From: Podargus strigoides
Lineage: Eukaryota
NCBI GenBank assembly: GCA_028020825.1
Contig: CM051638.1
Span: forward strand, 14,336,861-14,400,860
Reading direction: 5' to 3'
DNA length: 64,000 nucleotides
Shown one piece after another: positions 35,232-46,159 of this stretch. The position numbers and the translations under genes are program-made. The number at the start of each line of letters is the position of its first letter. Position 1 is the first letter of the stretch. Below the pieces are notes generated by a model. It was not told the origin of the DNA. It saw nothing but the letters and a program-made list of their open reading frames with translations, and ran no database searches.

Positions 35232-35355
35232 CGGGACCCTCAAAGAGCCATTCGTCTCCTGCCACAAACTTGTTCCCGTCCTCATCCTTGAAGTCAAGCA
35301 GGGCCCGCAGGCGCAGGGCGGTGTCAGCAAGCACCACCTGCAGTGGGGTGACGCC
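35232..35355 (-). CDS. MVP: MVP coding exon 3 (124 nt)
   Basis: Acceptor tccccag|. Reads [41 protein letters not shown](G). Donor |GTGAGC. Confidence 0.85.
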
Positions 35356-36001
35356 CTGGGGACACATAGACACCGGGGTTGAGGGGGAATCCCCTGGGGA
35401 CATGGGTGCCACAGTGGAGATGTGGAGGATGTGGGGATGAGGGGCACAGGGGGCACTTCAGGAGATGCCCTGGGGACACTCTGGAGACGCAGGCGGTATG
35501 GCGGGAGACAGCGGGGCCATGGAGGGTCACTGTGGGGGACCTGGGGAAGCATCTAGGGGGCCACCATGGGGGATGTAGGGATATGGGGTTCAGGACAGGG
35601 CTGCGGGGGCAAGGGGGACACAGGGGTGATGTCAGGGGACATGGGGGAGGTGAAACCCTGGGACTGGGACACAGGTTTTCACTGCAGGGGATGTTGGGGG
35701 GAAGGGGGGACGCTACGGGGGACACAGGTTCAGAGCAGGGATGACACACTGGGGGCTACACGAGCAATGGAGGGGTGATAAGGTGCCTACAGGAGCTATG
35801 GGGGGGGGTGGCACAGGGAGCTATATGGGCTATAGGAACTGCAACAGACAGCAGAGGGATTAGAAGAGCTGTAGTGGCTACAGGTGGCCCCAGGCGGCTG
35901 TAGGGGTGGGTTCCAGAGGGGTTATGGAGCCTATAGGGGACCATGGGAGGGCTAGAGGAGCTGTAACGAGCCCTGGGGCCACTACAGGGGGCTACAGGTA
36001 C

Positions 36002-36197
36002 CTGCTGGATCTCCTCGCCAGGGTACAGGGGGAAGGGCTCCTGGGCCAGGCGGATATCAAGGTCGGCGTGCCGCAGCCGGACCTGCCCCACTCCATCTAC
36101 CAGCACGGCCCCCGTAGGGCCCCGGGCCACAGGGTTGAGCACCACGCAGTAGTGCCGGGGGGGCACCATCACCATACGTCTGGGGGCGAACACCACC
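36002..36197 (-). CDS. MVP: MVP coding exon 2 (196 nt)
   Basis: Acceptor ccgtag|. Reads (R)[23 protein letters not shown]...[26 protein letters not shown]. Donor |GTACCTG. Confidence 0.85.
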
Positions 36198-36719
36198 CTA
36201 CGGGCGGCCCGACATTGCTCCTCTCAGCCCTATAGAGCCCCCAGGGCCCCATGGAGTCCATCAAGCCCCCCAGCCCTCTACAACCTTATGGAATCCACAT
36301 GACCCTATCAAGCCCCTATGGCCCTACAGAGCCCCCAAACACTCCCATGGCCCTATACAACCCCAGTGCTCCCCAGGGCCTATAGAGCCCCCATAGTCCT
36401 ACAGAGCCTCCTCAGCATCCCCCACAGCTCTTCAGGAGTGCCACAGTCCTACAGATCCTCTCAAGTCCCTTGTGGCCCTATGGAACCCCTCAAACACCCC
36501 CTAGACTTATAAATCTACATCACCCTATAGCCATATAAATCCACGCCCTGCCCCGTAGCACCCGCACGTTGTAGTCCTGCCAGACACTGAGGTGGGACCC
36601 ACCATCCCATAGATCCTCTCCTGTCCCATAGCACTCACCTTTATTGGTCCTGCCAGATGAAGGAACTGGATGACCCCCCCCCCCAACTCAGAGGTGCCCC
36701 CCTGCCCCATAGCACCCAC

Positions 36720-36838
36720 CTCTCGTGATCCTGTCGGATATAGGTGTGGGGGCCAACCTCCACACGGGTGACATTGCTGTTGAGGTCCAGCACATGGACG
36801 TAGTGGTAGGGTGGTATGCGGATCACAGGGTCCTCCAT
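36720..36838 (-). CDS. MVP: MVP coding exon 1, containing the ATG at 36836-36838 (119 nt, ends in phase 2)
   Basis: Reads [39 protein letters not shown] then the donor ag|GTGGGTG. An AG acceptor (ctgcctcacag|g) lies 18 nt upstream of the ATG, which suggests this is really exon 2. Confidence 0.85.
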
Positions 36839-37079
36839 GGGGCAGACTTCCCTGTGAGGCAGCAGAGCTTTCCGGGGTGGAGATGAGCTTGCTGTGGGAC
36901 AGCACAGCTTGTTGTGGCTCCCTGCGGACAGGGAGACCTCGCTGCAGGCTGGAGAAGCTTGCTGTGGGGCAGATGGGGTCATGGGGAGGGGTAGAAGGCC
37001 TCCCCATGGGGCAGAGGAGCCCACCACAGGGTGGGATGCCCCAAAACTGCCAGGGGACCCTGCCGTGGGTAGGAACTGA

Positions 37080-37800
37080 GGAGCAGACGAGCTTCCACGG
37101 GGCTGGGGTGGGGGAGACCTCACCGTGGGAGAGCAGAGCACGTCGCCGCGGGGCAGGACACTTCCCTGTGGCGCGGGAGGGCCGGAAAAGCCTTTGCCCA
37201 GGCCCAGGCCCAGCCCCGACAGCAGGCAGGGCCCAACCCAGCGGGGCCCGCCCCGTGGGCTCGGGGTCACCCCCAGCCCGACTCCACGGCCGGGATCTAC
37301 TCCTCCCGCCGAGATCTACCGTCCCAGGGCACAACCTGCCCCCTCCAGCGCTGCAGCGACACCCCCAGGCTGGATTTACCCCTCTGCGGGGAACGCTTTG
37401 TGCCCCCCCCCGTCTCAGGGCTGGGATTTCCGGGCCGGGCCGGGCCGGGCCGGGAGAAGCGGGCGCAGCCCCAGATGCGATCCGACGGCGCGGCAGGGGC
37501 GGCCCGGGGCCAGGCCGAGGTTCCAGCGGGAGCCGCAGCGCCGCCGGGCGCAAGCCGGGACCCGCCGCCGCCACACCCGCCCCAAGCCCCGGCCCCTGGC
37601 CCGGCCCCGTTGCTTGGCAACCGGCGCCGCCATCTTGCCTGACGCGCCCTGGCAGCAGGCGCTTGTCGCAGCACGCCACCCGCCCCTACGGCGGGGGAGG
37701 GTGAGGAAGGGCGGAGCAGAAGGCTCCAGGCGACCCGCTCGGCTCGCTCCCATTGGTGGGAGGGGAGAGGGGCCAATTACGGGGCGCGGCACCTGAGGGA
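37080..37800 (-). promoter_or_regulatory. MVP: MVP CpG-island promoter region. CCAAT boxes at 37752-37756 (minus sense) and 37773-37777 (inverted). Predicted non-coding first exon somewhere in 37100-37700.
   Basis: The region is extremely CG-dense with no TATA box. It is 240-960 bp upstream of the ATG exon, which itself has an upstream AG acceptor. NF-Y-type CCAAT motifs are present. Confidence 0.55.
37430..37454. repeat. (CCGGG)5 microsatellite within the MVP CpG island
   Basis: The sequence ccgggccgggccgggccgggccggg is seen directly. Confidence 0.9.
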
Positions 37801-40800
37801 ACCGGACAAGGGCGGGGGGGTGCCACGCCTGGCAGGGTGCAGCAGGCCTAGGATAAAACACACAGTGGGTTAGGGAACAGTGTGGGGGACAGCAGGCCTA
37901 GGGGGACACACAGAGTGGGTGAGGGAACAGTGTTGGGGGACAGCAGGCCTAGGGGGACACACCCAGTGGGTGAGGGAGCAGTGTTGGGGGACAGCAGGCT
38001 TAGGAGGACACACACAGTGGGTGAGGGAACAGTGTTGGGGGACAGCAGACCTAGGGGGACCCACAGAGTGGGGTAGGGAACAGTGCTGGCTGACAGCAGG
38101 CCTAGGGGGACACACACAGTGTGTGAGGGAACTGTGCTGGGGGACAGCAGGCCTAGGGGGGCATACACAGTGGGTGCGGGAACAGTGTTGGGGGACAGCA
38201 GGCCTAGGGGGGCACACACAGTGGGTGTGGGAACCGTCCTGGGGGACAGCAGGCCTAGGGGGGCATACACAGTGGGTGCGGGAACAGTGTTGGGGGACAG
38301 CAGGCCTAGGGGGACACACACAGTTGGTGAGGAAACAGTGCTGGGGGACAGCAGGCCTAGGGGGACACACACATAGGGTGAGGAAAGAGTGTTGGGGGAC
38401 AGCAGGCCAAGGGGACACAGAGAGTGGGTGAAGGAACAGTGTTGGGGGACAGCAGGCCTAGGGGGGCACACACAGTGGGTGTGGGAACTGTGCTGGGGTA
38501 CAGCAGGCCTAGGGGGACCCACACAGTGGGGTAGGGAACAGTGCTGGGTGACAGCAGGCCTAGGGGGACACACAGAGTGGGTGAGGGAACAGTGTTAGGG
38601 GACAGCAGGCCTAGGGGGACACACACAGTGGGTGAGGGAACAGTGCTGGGGGACAGCAGGCCTAGGGGGACACACACATTGGGTGACGGAACAGTGCTGG
38701 GTGACAGCAGGCCTAGGGGGACACACACAGTGGGTGAGGGAACAGTGTTGGGGGACAGCAGGCCTAGGGGGGCACACACAGTGGGTGAGAGAACAGTGCT
38801 GGGGGACAGCAGGCCTAGGGGGCATAAGCAGTGGGTGAGGGAATAGTGTTGGGTGCCACCAGACCTAGGGGGACACACACAGTGGGTGAGGGACCAGTGC
38901 TGTGGGACAGCAGGCCTAGGGGGACACACACAGTGGGTGAGGGAACAGTGCTGGGGGACAGCAGGCCTAGGGGGGCACACACAGTGGGTGTGGGAACCGT
39001 GCTGGGGGACAGCAGGCCTAGGGGGACCCACACAGTCGGGTAGGGAACAGTGTTGGGGGACAGCAGGCCTAGGGGGGCACACACAATGGATGTGGGAACA
39101 GTGTTAGGGGACAGCAGGCCTAGGGGGACACACAGAGTGGGTGAGGGAACAGTGCTGGGGGACAGCAGGCCTAGGGGGACACACACATTGGGTGAGGGAA
39201 CAGTGTTGGGGGACAGCAGGCCTAGGGGGGCACACACAGTGGGTGTGGGAACCGTGCTGGGGGACAGCAGGCCTAGGGGGACCCACACAGTCGGGTAGGG
39301 AACAGTGCTGGGGGACAGCAGGCCTAGGGGGACAAACACAGTGGGTGAAGGAACAGTGCTGTGGGACAGCTGGATTAGGGGGACACACACAGTGTGTGAG
39401 GGAACAGTGTTGGGGGACAGCAGTCCTAGGGGGACACACACAGTGGGTGAGGAAACAGTGCTGGGTGACAGCAGGCCTAGGGGGACACACACAGTGTGTG
39501 AGGGAACAGTGCTGGGTGATAGCAGGCCTAGGGGGACACACACGGTGGGTGAGGGAACAGTGTTGGGGGACAGCAGGCCTAGGGGGACACACACCATAGG
39601 TGAGGGAACAGTGCTGGGGGACAGCAGGCCTAGGGGGGCATACACAGTGGATGCGGGAACAGTGTTGGGGGACAGCAGGCCTCGGGGGACACACATATAG
39701 GGTGAGGAAAGAGTGTTGGGGGACAGCAGGCCAAGGGGACACACAGAGTGGGTGAGGGAACAGTGTTGGGGGACAGCAGGCCTAGGGGGGCACACACAGT
39801 GTGTGTGGGAACCATGCTGGGGGACAGCAAGCCTAGGGGGACCCACACAGTGGGGTAGGGAACAGTGCTGGGTGACAGCAGACCTAGGGGGACACACACA
39901 GTGGGTGAGGGAAGAGTGCTGGGGGAAGGCAGGCTTAGGGGGGCACACACAGTGGGTGCGGGAACCTTGCTGGGGGACAGCAGGCCTAGGGGGACACACA
40001 CAGTGGGTGAGGGAAAAGTACTGGGGGACAGGAGTTCTAGGGCGACACACACAGTGGGTGAGGGAACAGTGCTGGGGGACAGCAGGCCTAGGGGGGCATA
40101 CACAGTGGGTGAGGGAACAGTGTTGGGGGACAGCAGGCCTAGGGGGACACACAGAGTGGGTGAGGGAACAGTGTTGGGGGACAGCAGCCCTAGGGGTGCA
40201 CACACAGTGGGTGAGGAAACAGTGGTGGGGGACAGCAGGCCTAGGGGGACCCACACAGTCGGGTAGGGAACAGTGTTGGGGGACAGCAGGCCTAGGGGGG
40301 CACACACAGTGGGTGTGGGAACAGTGTTAGGGGACAGCAGGCCTAGGGGGACACACGGAGTGGGTGAGGGAACAGTGCTGGGGGACAGCAGGCCTAGGGG
40401 GACACACACATTGGGTGAGGAAAGAGTGTTGGGGGACAGCAGGCCTAGGGGGACACACACAGTGGGTGCGGGAACCTTGCTGGGGGACAGCAGGCCTAGG
40501 GGGACACACACAGTGGGTGAGGGAAAAGTACTGGGGGACAGGAGTTCTAGGGCGACACACACAGTGGGTGAGGGAACAGTGCTGGGGGACAGCAGGCCTA
40601 GGGGGGCATACACTGTGGGTGAGGGAACAGTGTTGGGGGACAGCAGGCCTAGGGGGACACACAGAGTGGGTGAGGGAACAGTGTTGGGGGACAGCAGCCC
40701 TAGGGGTGCACACACAGTGGGTGAGGAAACAGTGGTGGGGGACAGCAGGCCTAGGGGGACCCACACAGTCGGGTAGGGAACAGTGCTGGGTGACAGCAGT

Positions 40801-43800
40801 CCTAGGGGGACACACACAGTGGGTGAGGGAACAGTGCTGGGGGACAGCAGGTCTCGGGGGACACACACAGTGGGTGAGGGAAGAGTGCTGGGTGATAGCA
40901 GGCCTAGGGGGACACACACATAGGGTGAGGAAAGAGTGTTGGGGGACAGCAGGCCAAGGGGACACACAGAGTCGGTGAAGGAACAGTGTTGGGGGACAGC
41001 AGGCCTAGGGGGACACACAGAGTAGGTGAGGGAACAGTGTTAGGGGACAGCAGGCCTAGGGGGACACACACAGTGGGTGAGGGAACAGTGTTGGGGGACA
41101 GCAGGCCTAGGGGGACACACAGAGTGGATGAGGGAACAGTGCTGGGTGACAGCAGGCCTAGGGGGACACACACAGTGGGTGAGGGAGCAGTGCTGGGGGA
41201 CAGCAGGCCTAGGGGGACACAAACATTGGGTGAGGGAACAGTGCTGGGTGACAGCAGGCCTAGGGGGACACACACAGTGGGTGAGGGAACAGTGTTGGGG
41301 GACAGCAGGCCTAGGGGGGCACACACAGTGGGTGAGAGAACAGTGCTGGGGGACAGCAGACCTAGGGGGCATAAGCAGTGGGTGACGGAATAGTGTTGGA
41401 TGCCACCAGACCTAGGGGGACACACACAGTGGGTGAGGGACCAGTGCTGTGGGACAGCAGGCCTAGGTGGACCCACACAGTCGGGAAGGGAACAGTGCTG
41501 GGGGACAGCAGGCCTAGGGGGGCACACACAGTCGGGTAGGGAACAGTGTTGGGGGACAGCAGGCCAAGGGGGGCACACACAGTGGGTGTGGAAACAGTGT
41601 TGGGGGACAGCAGGCCTAGGGGGACACACAGAGTGGGTGAGGGAACAGTGCTGGGGGACAGCAGGCCTAGGGGGACACACACATTGCGTGAGGAAAGAGT
41701 GTTGGGGGACAGCAGGCCTAGGGGGACACACAGAGTGGGTGAGGGAACAGTGCTGGGGGACAGCAGGCCTAGGGGAGCACACACAATGGGTGAGGGAACA
41801 GTGTTGGGGGACAGCAGGCCTAGGGGGACCCACACAGTCGGGTAGGGAAAAGTGCTGGGGGACAGCAGGCCTAGGGGGACAAACACAGTGGGTGAAGGAA
41901 CAGTGCTGTGGGACAGCTGGATTAGGGGGACACACACAGTGTGTGAGGGAACAGTGTTGGGGGACAGCAGTCCTAGGGGGACACACACAGTGGGTGAGGA
42001 AACAGTGCAGGGGGACAGCAGGCCTAGGGGGACACACACAGTGTGTGAGGAGACAGTGCTGGGTGATAGCAGGCCTAGGGGGACACACACGGTGGGTGAG
42101 GGAACAGTGCTGGGGGACAGCAGGCCTAGGGGGACACACACCATAGGTGAGGGAACAGTGCTGGGGGACAGCAGGCCTAGGGGGGAATACACAGTGGGTG
42201 AGGGAACAGTGTTCGGGAACAGCAGGCCTAGGGGGGCACACACAGTGGGTGAGGGAACAGTGCTGGGGGACAGCAGGCCTAGGGGGGCATACACAGTGGG
42301 TGCGGGAACAGTGTTGGGGGACAGCAGGCCTCGGGGGACACACACAGTGGGTGAGGGAACAGTGCTGGGTGATAGCAGGCCTAGGGGGACACACACATAG
42401 GGTGAGGAAAGAGTGTTGGGGGACAGCAGGCCAAGGGGACACACAGAGTGGGTGAAGGAACAGTGTTGGGGGACAGCAGGCCTAGGGGGGCACACACAGT
42501 GTGTGTGGGAACCATGCTGGGGGACAGCAAGCCTAGGGGGACCCACACAGTGGGGTAGGGAACAGTGCTGGGTGACAGCAGGCCTAGGGGGACACACACA
42601 GTGGGTGAGGGAATAGTGCTGGGGGATAGCAGGCCTAGGTGGGCATACACAGTGGGTGAGGGAAGAGTGCTGGGGGAAGGCAGGCTTAGGGGGGCACACA
42701 CAGTGCGTGCGGGAACCTTGCTGGGGGACACCAGGCCTTGGGGGACACACACAGTGGGTGAGGGAAAAGTGCTGGGGGACAGGAGTTCTAGGGCGACACA
42801 CACAGTGGGTGAGGGAACAGTGCTGGGGGACAGCAGGCCTAGGGGGGCATACACAGTGGGTGAGGGAACAGTGTTGGGGGACAGCAGGCCTAGGGGGGGA
42901 CACAGAGTGGGTGAGGGAACAGTTTTGGGGGACAGCAGCCCTAGGGGTGCACACACAGTGGGTGAGGGAACAGTGTTGGTGGACAGCAGGCCTAGGGGGA
43001 CACACACATTGGGTGAGGGAACAGTGCTGGGGGACAGCAGGCCTAGGGGGACACACAGAGTGGGTGAGGGAACAGTGTTGGGGGACAGCAGGCCTAGGGG
43101 GGCACACACAGTGGGTGTGGGAACTGTGCTGGGGTACAGCAGGCCTAGGGGGACCCACACAGTGGGGTAGGGAACAGTGCTGGGTGACAGCAGGCCTAGG
43201 GGGACACACAGAGTGGGTGAGGGAACAGTGTTAGGGGACAGCAGGCCTAGGGGGACACACAGAGTGGGTGAGGGAACAGTGCTGGGGGACAGCAGTCCTA
43301 GGGGGACACACAGAGTAGGTGAGGGAACAGTGCTGGGGGACAGCAGGCCTAGGGGGACACACACATTGGGTGAGGAAAGAGTGTTGGGGGACAGCAGGCC
43401 TAGGGGGACTCACAGAGTGGGTGAGGGAACAGTGTTGGGGGAACGCAGGCTTAGGGGGGCACACACAGTGGGTGCGGGAAAAGTGCTGGGGGACAGGAGT
43501 TCTAGGGCGACACACACAGTGGGTGAGGGAACAGTGCTGGGGGACAGCAGGCCTAGGGGGGCATACACAGTGGGTGAGGGAACAGTGTTGGGGGACAGCA
43601 GGCCAGGGGGACACACAGAGTGGGTGAGGGAACAGTGTTGGGGGACAGCAGCCCTAGGGTGCACACACAGTGGGTGAGGAAACAGTGGTGGGGGACAGCA
43701 GGCCTAGGGGGACCCACACAGTCGGGTAGGGAACAGTGCTGGGTGACAGCAGGCCTAGGGGTACACACACAGTGGGTGAGGGAACAGTGCTGGGGGACAG

Positions 43801-46159
43801 CAGGCCTCGGGGGACACACACAGTGGGTGAGGGAAGAGTGCTGGGTGATAGCAGGCCTAGGGGGACACACACATAGGGTGAGGAAAGAGTGTTGGGGGAC
43901 AGCAGGCCAAGGGGACACACAGAGTGGGTGAAGGAACAGTGTTGGGGGACAGCAGGCCTAGGGGGACACACAGAGTGGGTGAGGGAACAGTGTTAGGGGA
44001 CAGCAGGCCTAGGGGGACACACACAGTGGGTGAGGGAACAGTGTTGGGGGACAGCAGGCCTAGGGGGACACACAGAGTGGATGAGGGAACAGTGCTGGGT
44101 GACAGCAGGCCTAGGGGGACACACACAGTGGGTGAGGGAATAGTGTTGGATGCCACCAGACCTAGGGGGACACACACAGTGGGTGAGGGACCAGTGCTGT
44201 GGGACAGCAGGCCTAGGTGGACCCACACAGTCGGGTAGGGAACAGTGTTGGGGGACAGCAGGCCAACGGGGGGCACACACAGTGGGTGTGGAAACAGTGT
44301 TGGGGGACAGCAGGCCTAGGGGGACACACAGAGTGGGTGAGGGAACAGTGCTGGGGGACAGCAGGCCAAGGGGGACACACACATTGGGTGAGGAAAGAGT
44401 GTTGGGGGACAGCAGGCCTAGGGGGACACACAGAGTGGGTGAGGGAACAGTGTTGGGGGACAGCAGGCCTAGGGGGACACCCACAGTGGGTGAGGAAACA
44501 GTGCTGGGGGACAGCAGGCCTAGGGGGACACAAACAGTGTGTGAGGGAACAGTGCTGGATGATATCAGGCCTAGGGGGACATACACGGTGGGTGAGGGAA
44601 CAGTGTTGGGGGACAGCAGGCCTAGGGGGACACACACCATAGGTGAGGGAACAGTGCTGGGGGACAGCAGGCCTAGGGGGGCACACACAGTGGGTGAGGG
44701 AACAGTGCTGGGGGACAGCAGGCCTAGGGGGGCATACACAGTGGGTGCGGGAACAGTGTTGGGGGACAGCAGGCCTCGGGGGACACACACAGTGGGTGAG
44801 GGAACAGTGCTGGGTGATAGCAGGCCTAGGGGGACACACACATAGGGTGAGGAAAGAGTGTTGGGGGACAGCAGGCCAAGGGGACACACAGAGTGGGTGA
44901 AGGAACAGTGTTGGGGGACAGCAGGCCTAGGGGGGCACACACAGTGTGTGTGGGAACCATGCTGGGGGACAGCAAGTCTAGGGGGACCCACTCAGTGGGG
45001 TAGGGAACAGTGCTGGGTGACAGCAGGCCTAGGGGGACACACACAGTGGGTGAGGGAATAGTGCTGGGGGATAGCAGGCCTAGGTGGGCATACACAGTGG
45101 GTGAGGGAAGAGTGCTGGGGGAAGGCAGGCTTAGGGGGGCACACACAGTGGGTGCGGGAACCTTGCTGGGGGACAGCAGGCCTAGGGGGACACACACAGT
45201 GGGTGAGGAAAAAGTGCTGGGGGACAGGAGTTCTAGGGCGACACACACAGTGGGTGAGGGAACAGTGCTGGGGGACAGCAGGCCTAGGGGGGCATACACA
45301 GTGGGTGAGGAAACAGTGTTGGGGAAAGCAGGCCTAGGGGGACACACAGAGCGGGTGAGGGAACAGTGTTGGGGGACAGCAGCCCTAGGGGGACACACAG
45401 AGTGGGTGAGGGAACAGTGTTGGGGGACAGCAGGCCTAGGATGGCACACACAGTGGGTGTGGGAACTGTGCTGGGGTACAGCAGGCCTAGGGGGACCCAC
45501 ACAGTGGGGTAGGGAACAGTGCTGGGTGACAGCAGGCCTAGGGGGACACACAGAGTGGGTGAGGGAACAGTGTTAGGGGACAGCAGGCCTAGGGGGACAC
45601 ACAGAGTGGGTGAGGGAACAGTGCTGGGGGACAGCAGGCCTAGGGGGACACACAGAGTGGGTGAGGGAACAGTGCTGGGGGACAGCAGGCCTAGGGGGAC
45701 ACACACATTGGGTGAGGAAAGAGTGTTGGGGGACAGCAGGCCTAGGGGGACACACAGAGTGGGTGAGGGAACAGTGCTGGGGGACAGCAGGCCTAGGGGG
45801 ACCCACACAGTCGGGTAGGAAACAGTGCTGGGGGACAGCTGGATTAGGGGGACACACACAGTGTGTGAGGGAACAGTGTTGGGGGACAGCAGTCCTAGGG
45901 GGACACACACAGTGGGTGAGGAAACAGTGCTGGGGGACAGCAGGCCTAGGGGGACACACACAGTGTGTGAGGGAACAGTGCTGGGTGATAGCAGGCCTAG
46001 GGGGACACACACGGTGGGTGAGGGAACAGTGTTGGGGGACAGCAGGCCTAGGGGGACACACACCATAGGTGAGGGAACAGTGCTGCGGGACAGCAGGCCT
46101 AGGGGGACACACAGAGTGGGTGAGGGTACAGTGTTGGGGGACAGCAGGACTAGGGGGGC

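Larger units (their letters stand above)
26865..37750 (-). other. MVP: Major vault protein gene locus: 16 coding exons plus a predicted upstream non-coding exon inside the CpG island
   Basis: The conceptual spliced translation totals 2,565 nt (855 codons) and matches MVP along its whole length. The N-terminus reads [40 protein letters not shown]. The repeat domains read ...GEEWLV.. and [20 protein letters not shown]. The shoulder and cap-helix region reads FGFDESG...[27 protein letters not shown]...[23 protein letters not shown]...[33 protein letters not shown]. Every junction has canonical GT/AG and consistent phases. Confidence 0.9.

Noticed and set aside
36525-37861. Long GC-rich ORFs over the MVP promoter and CpG island: 36525..37679(-) of 384 aa, 36811..37704(+) of 297 aa, 37125..37796(+), 37297..37776(-) and 37415..37861(-).
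   Set aside because: These are overlapping open frames on both strands in about 80% GC DNA, which are expected by chance. Their translations are Arg/Pro/Gly/Ala low-complexity. The real coding exon here is only 36720-36838.
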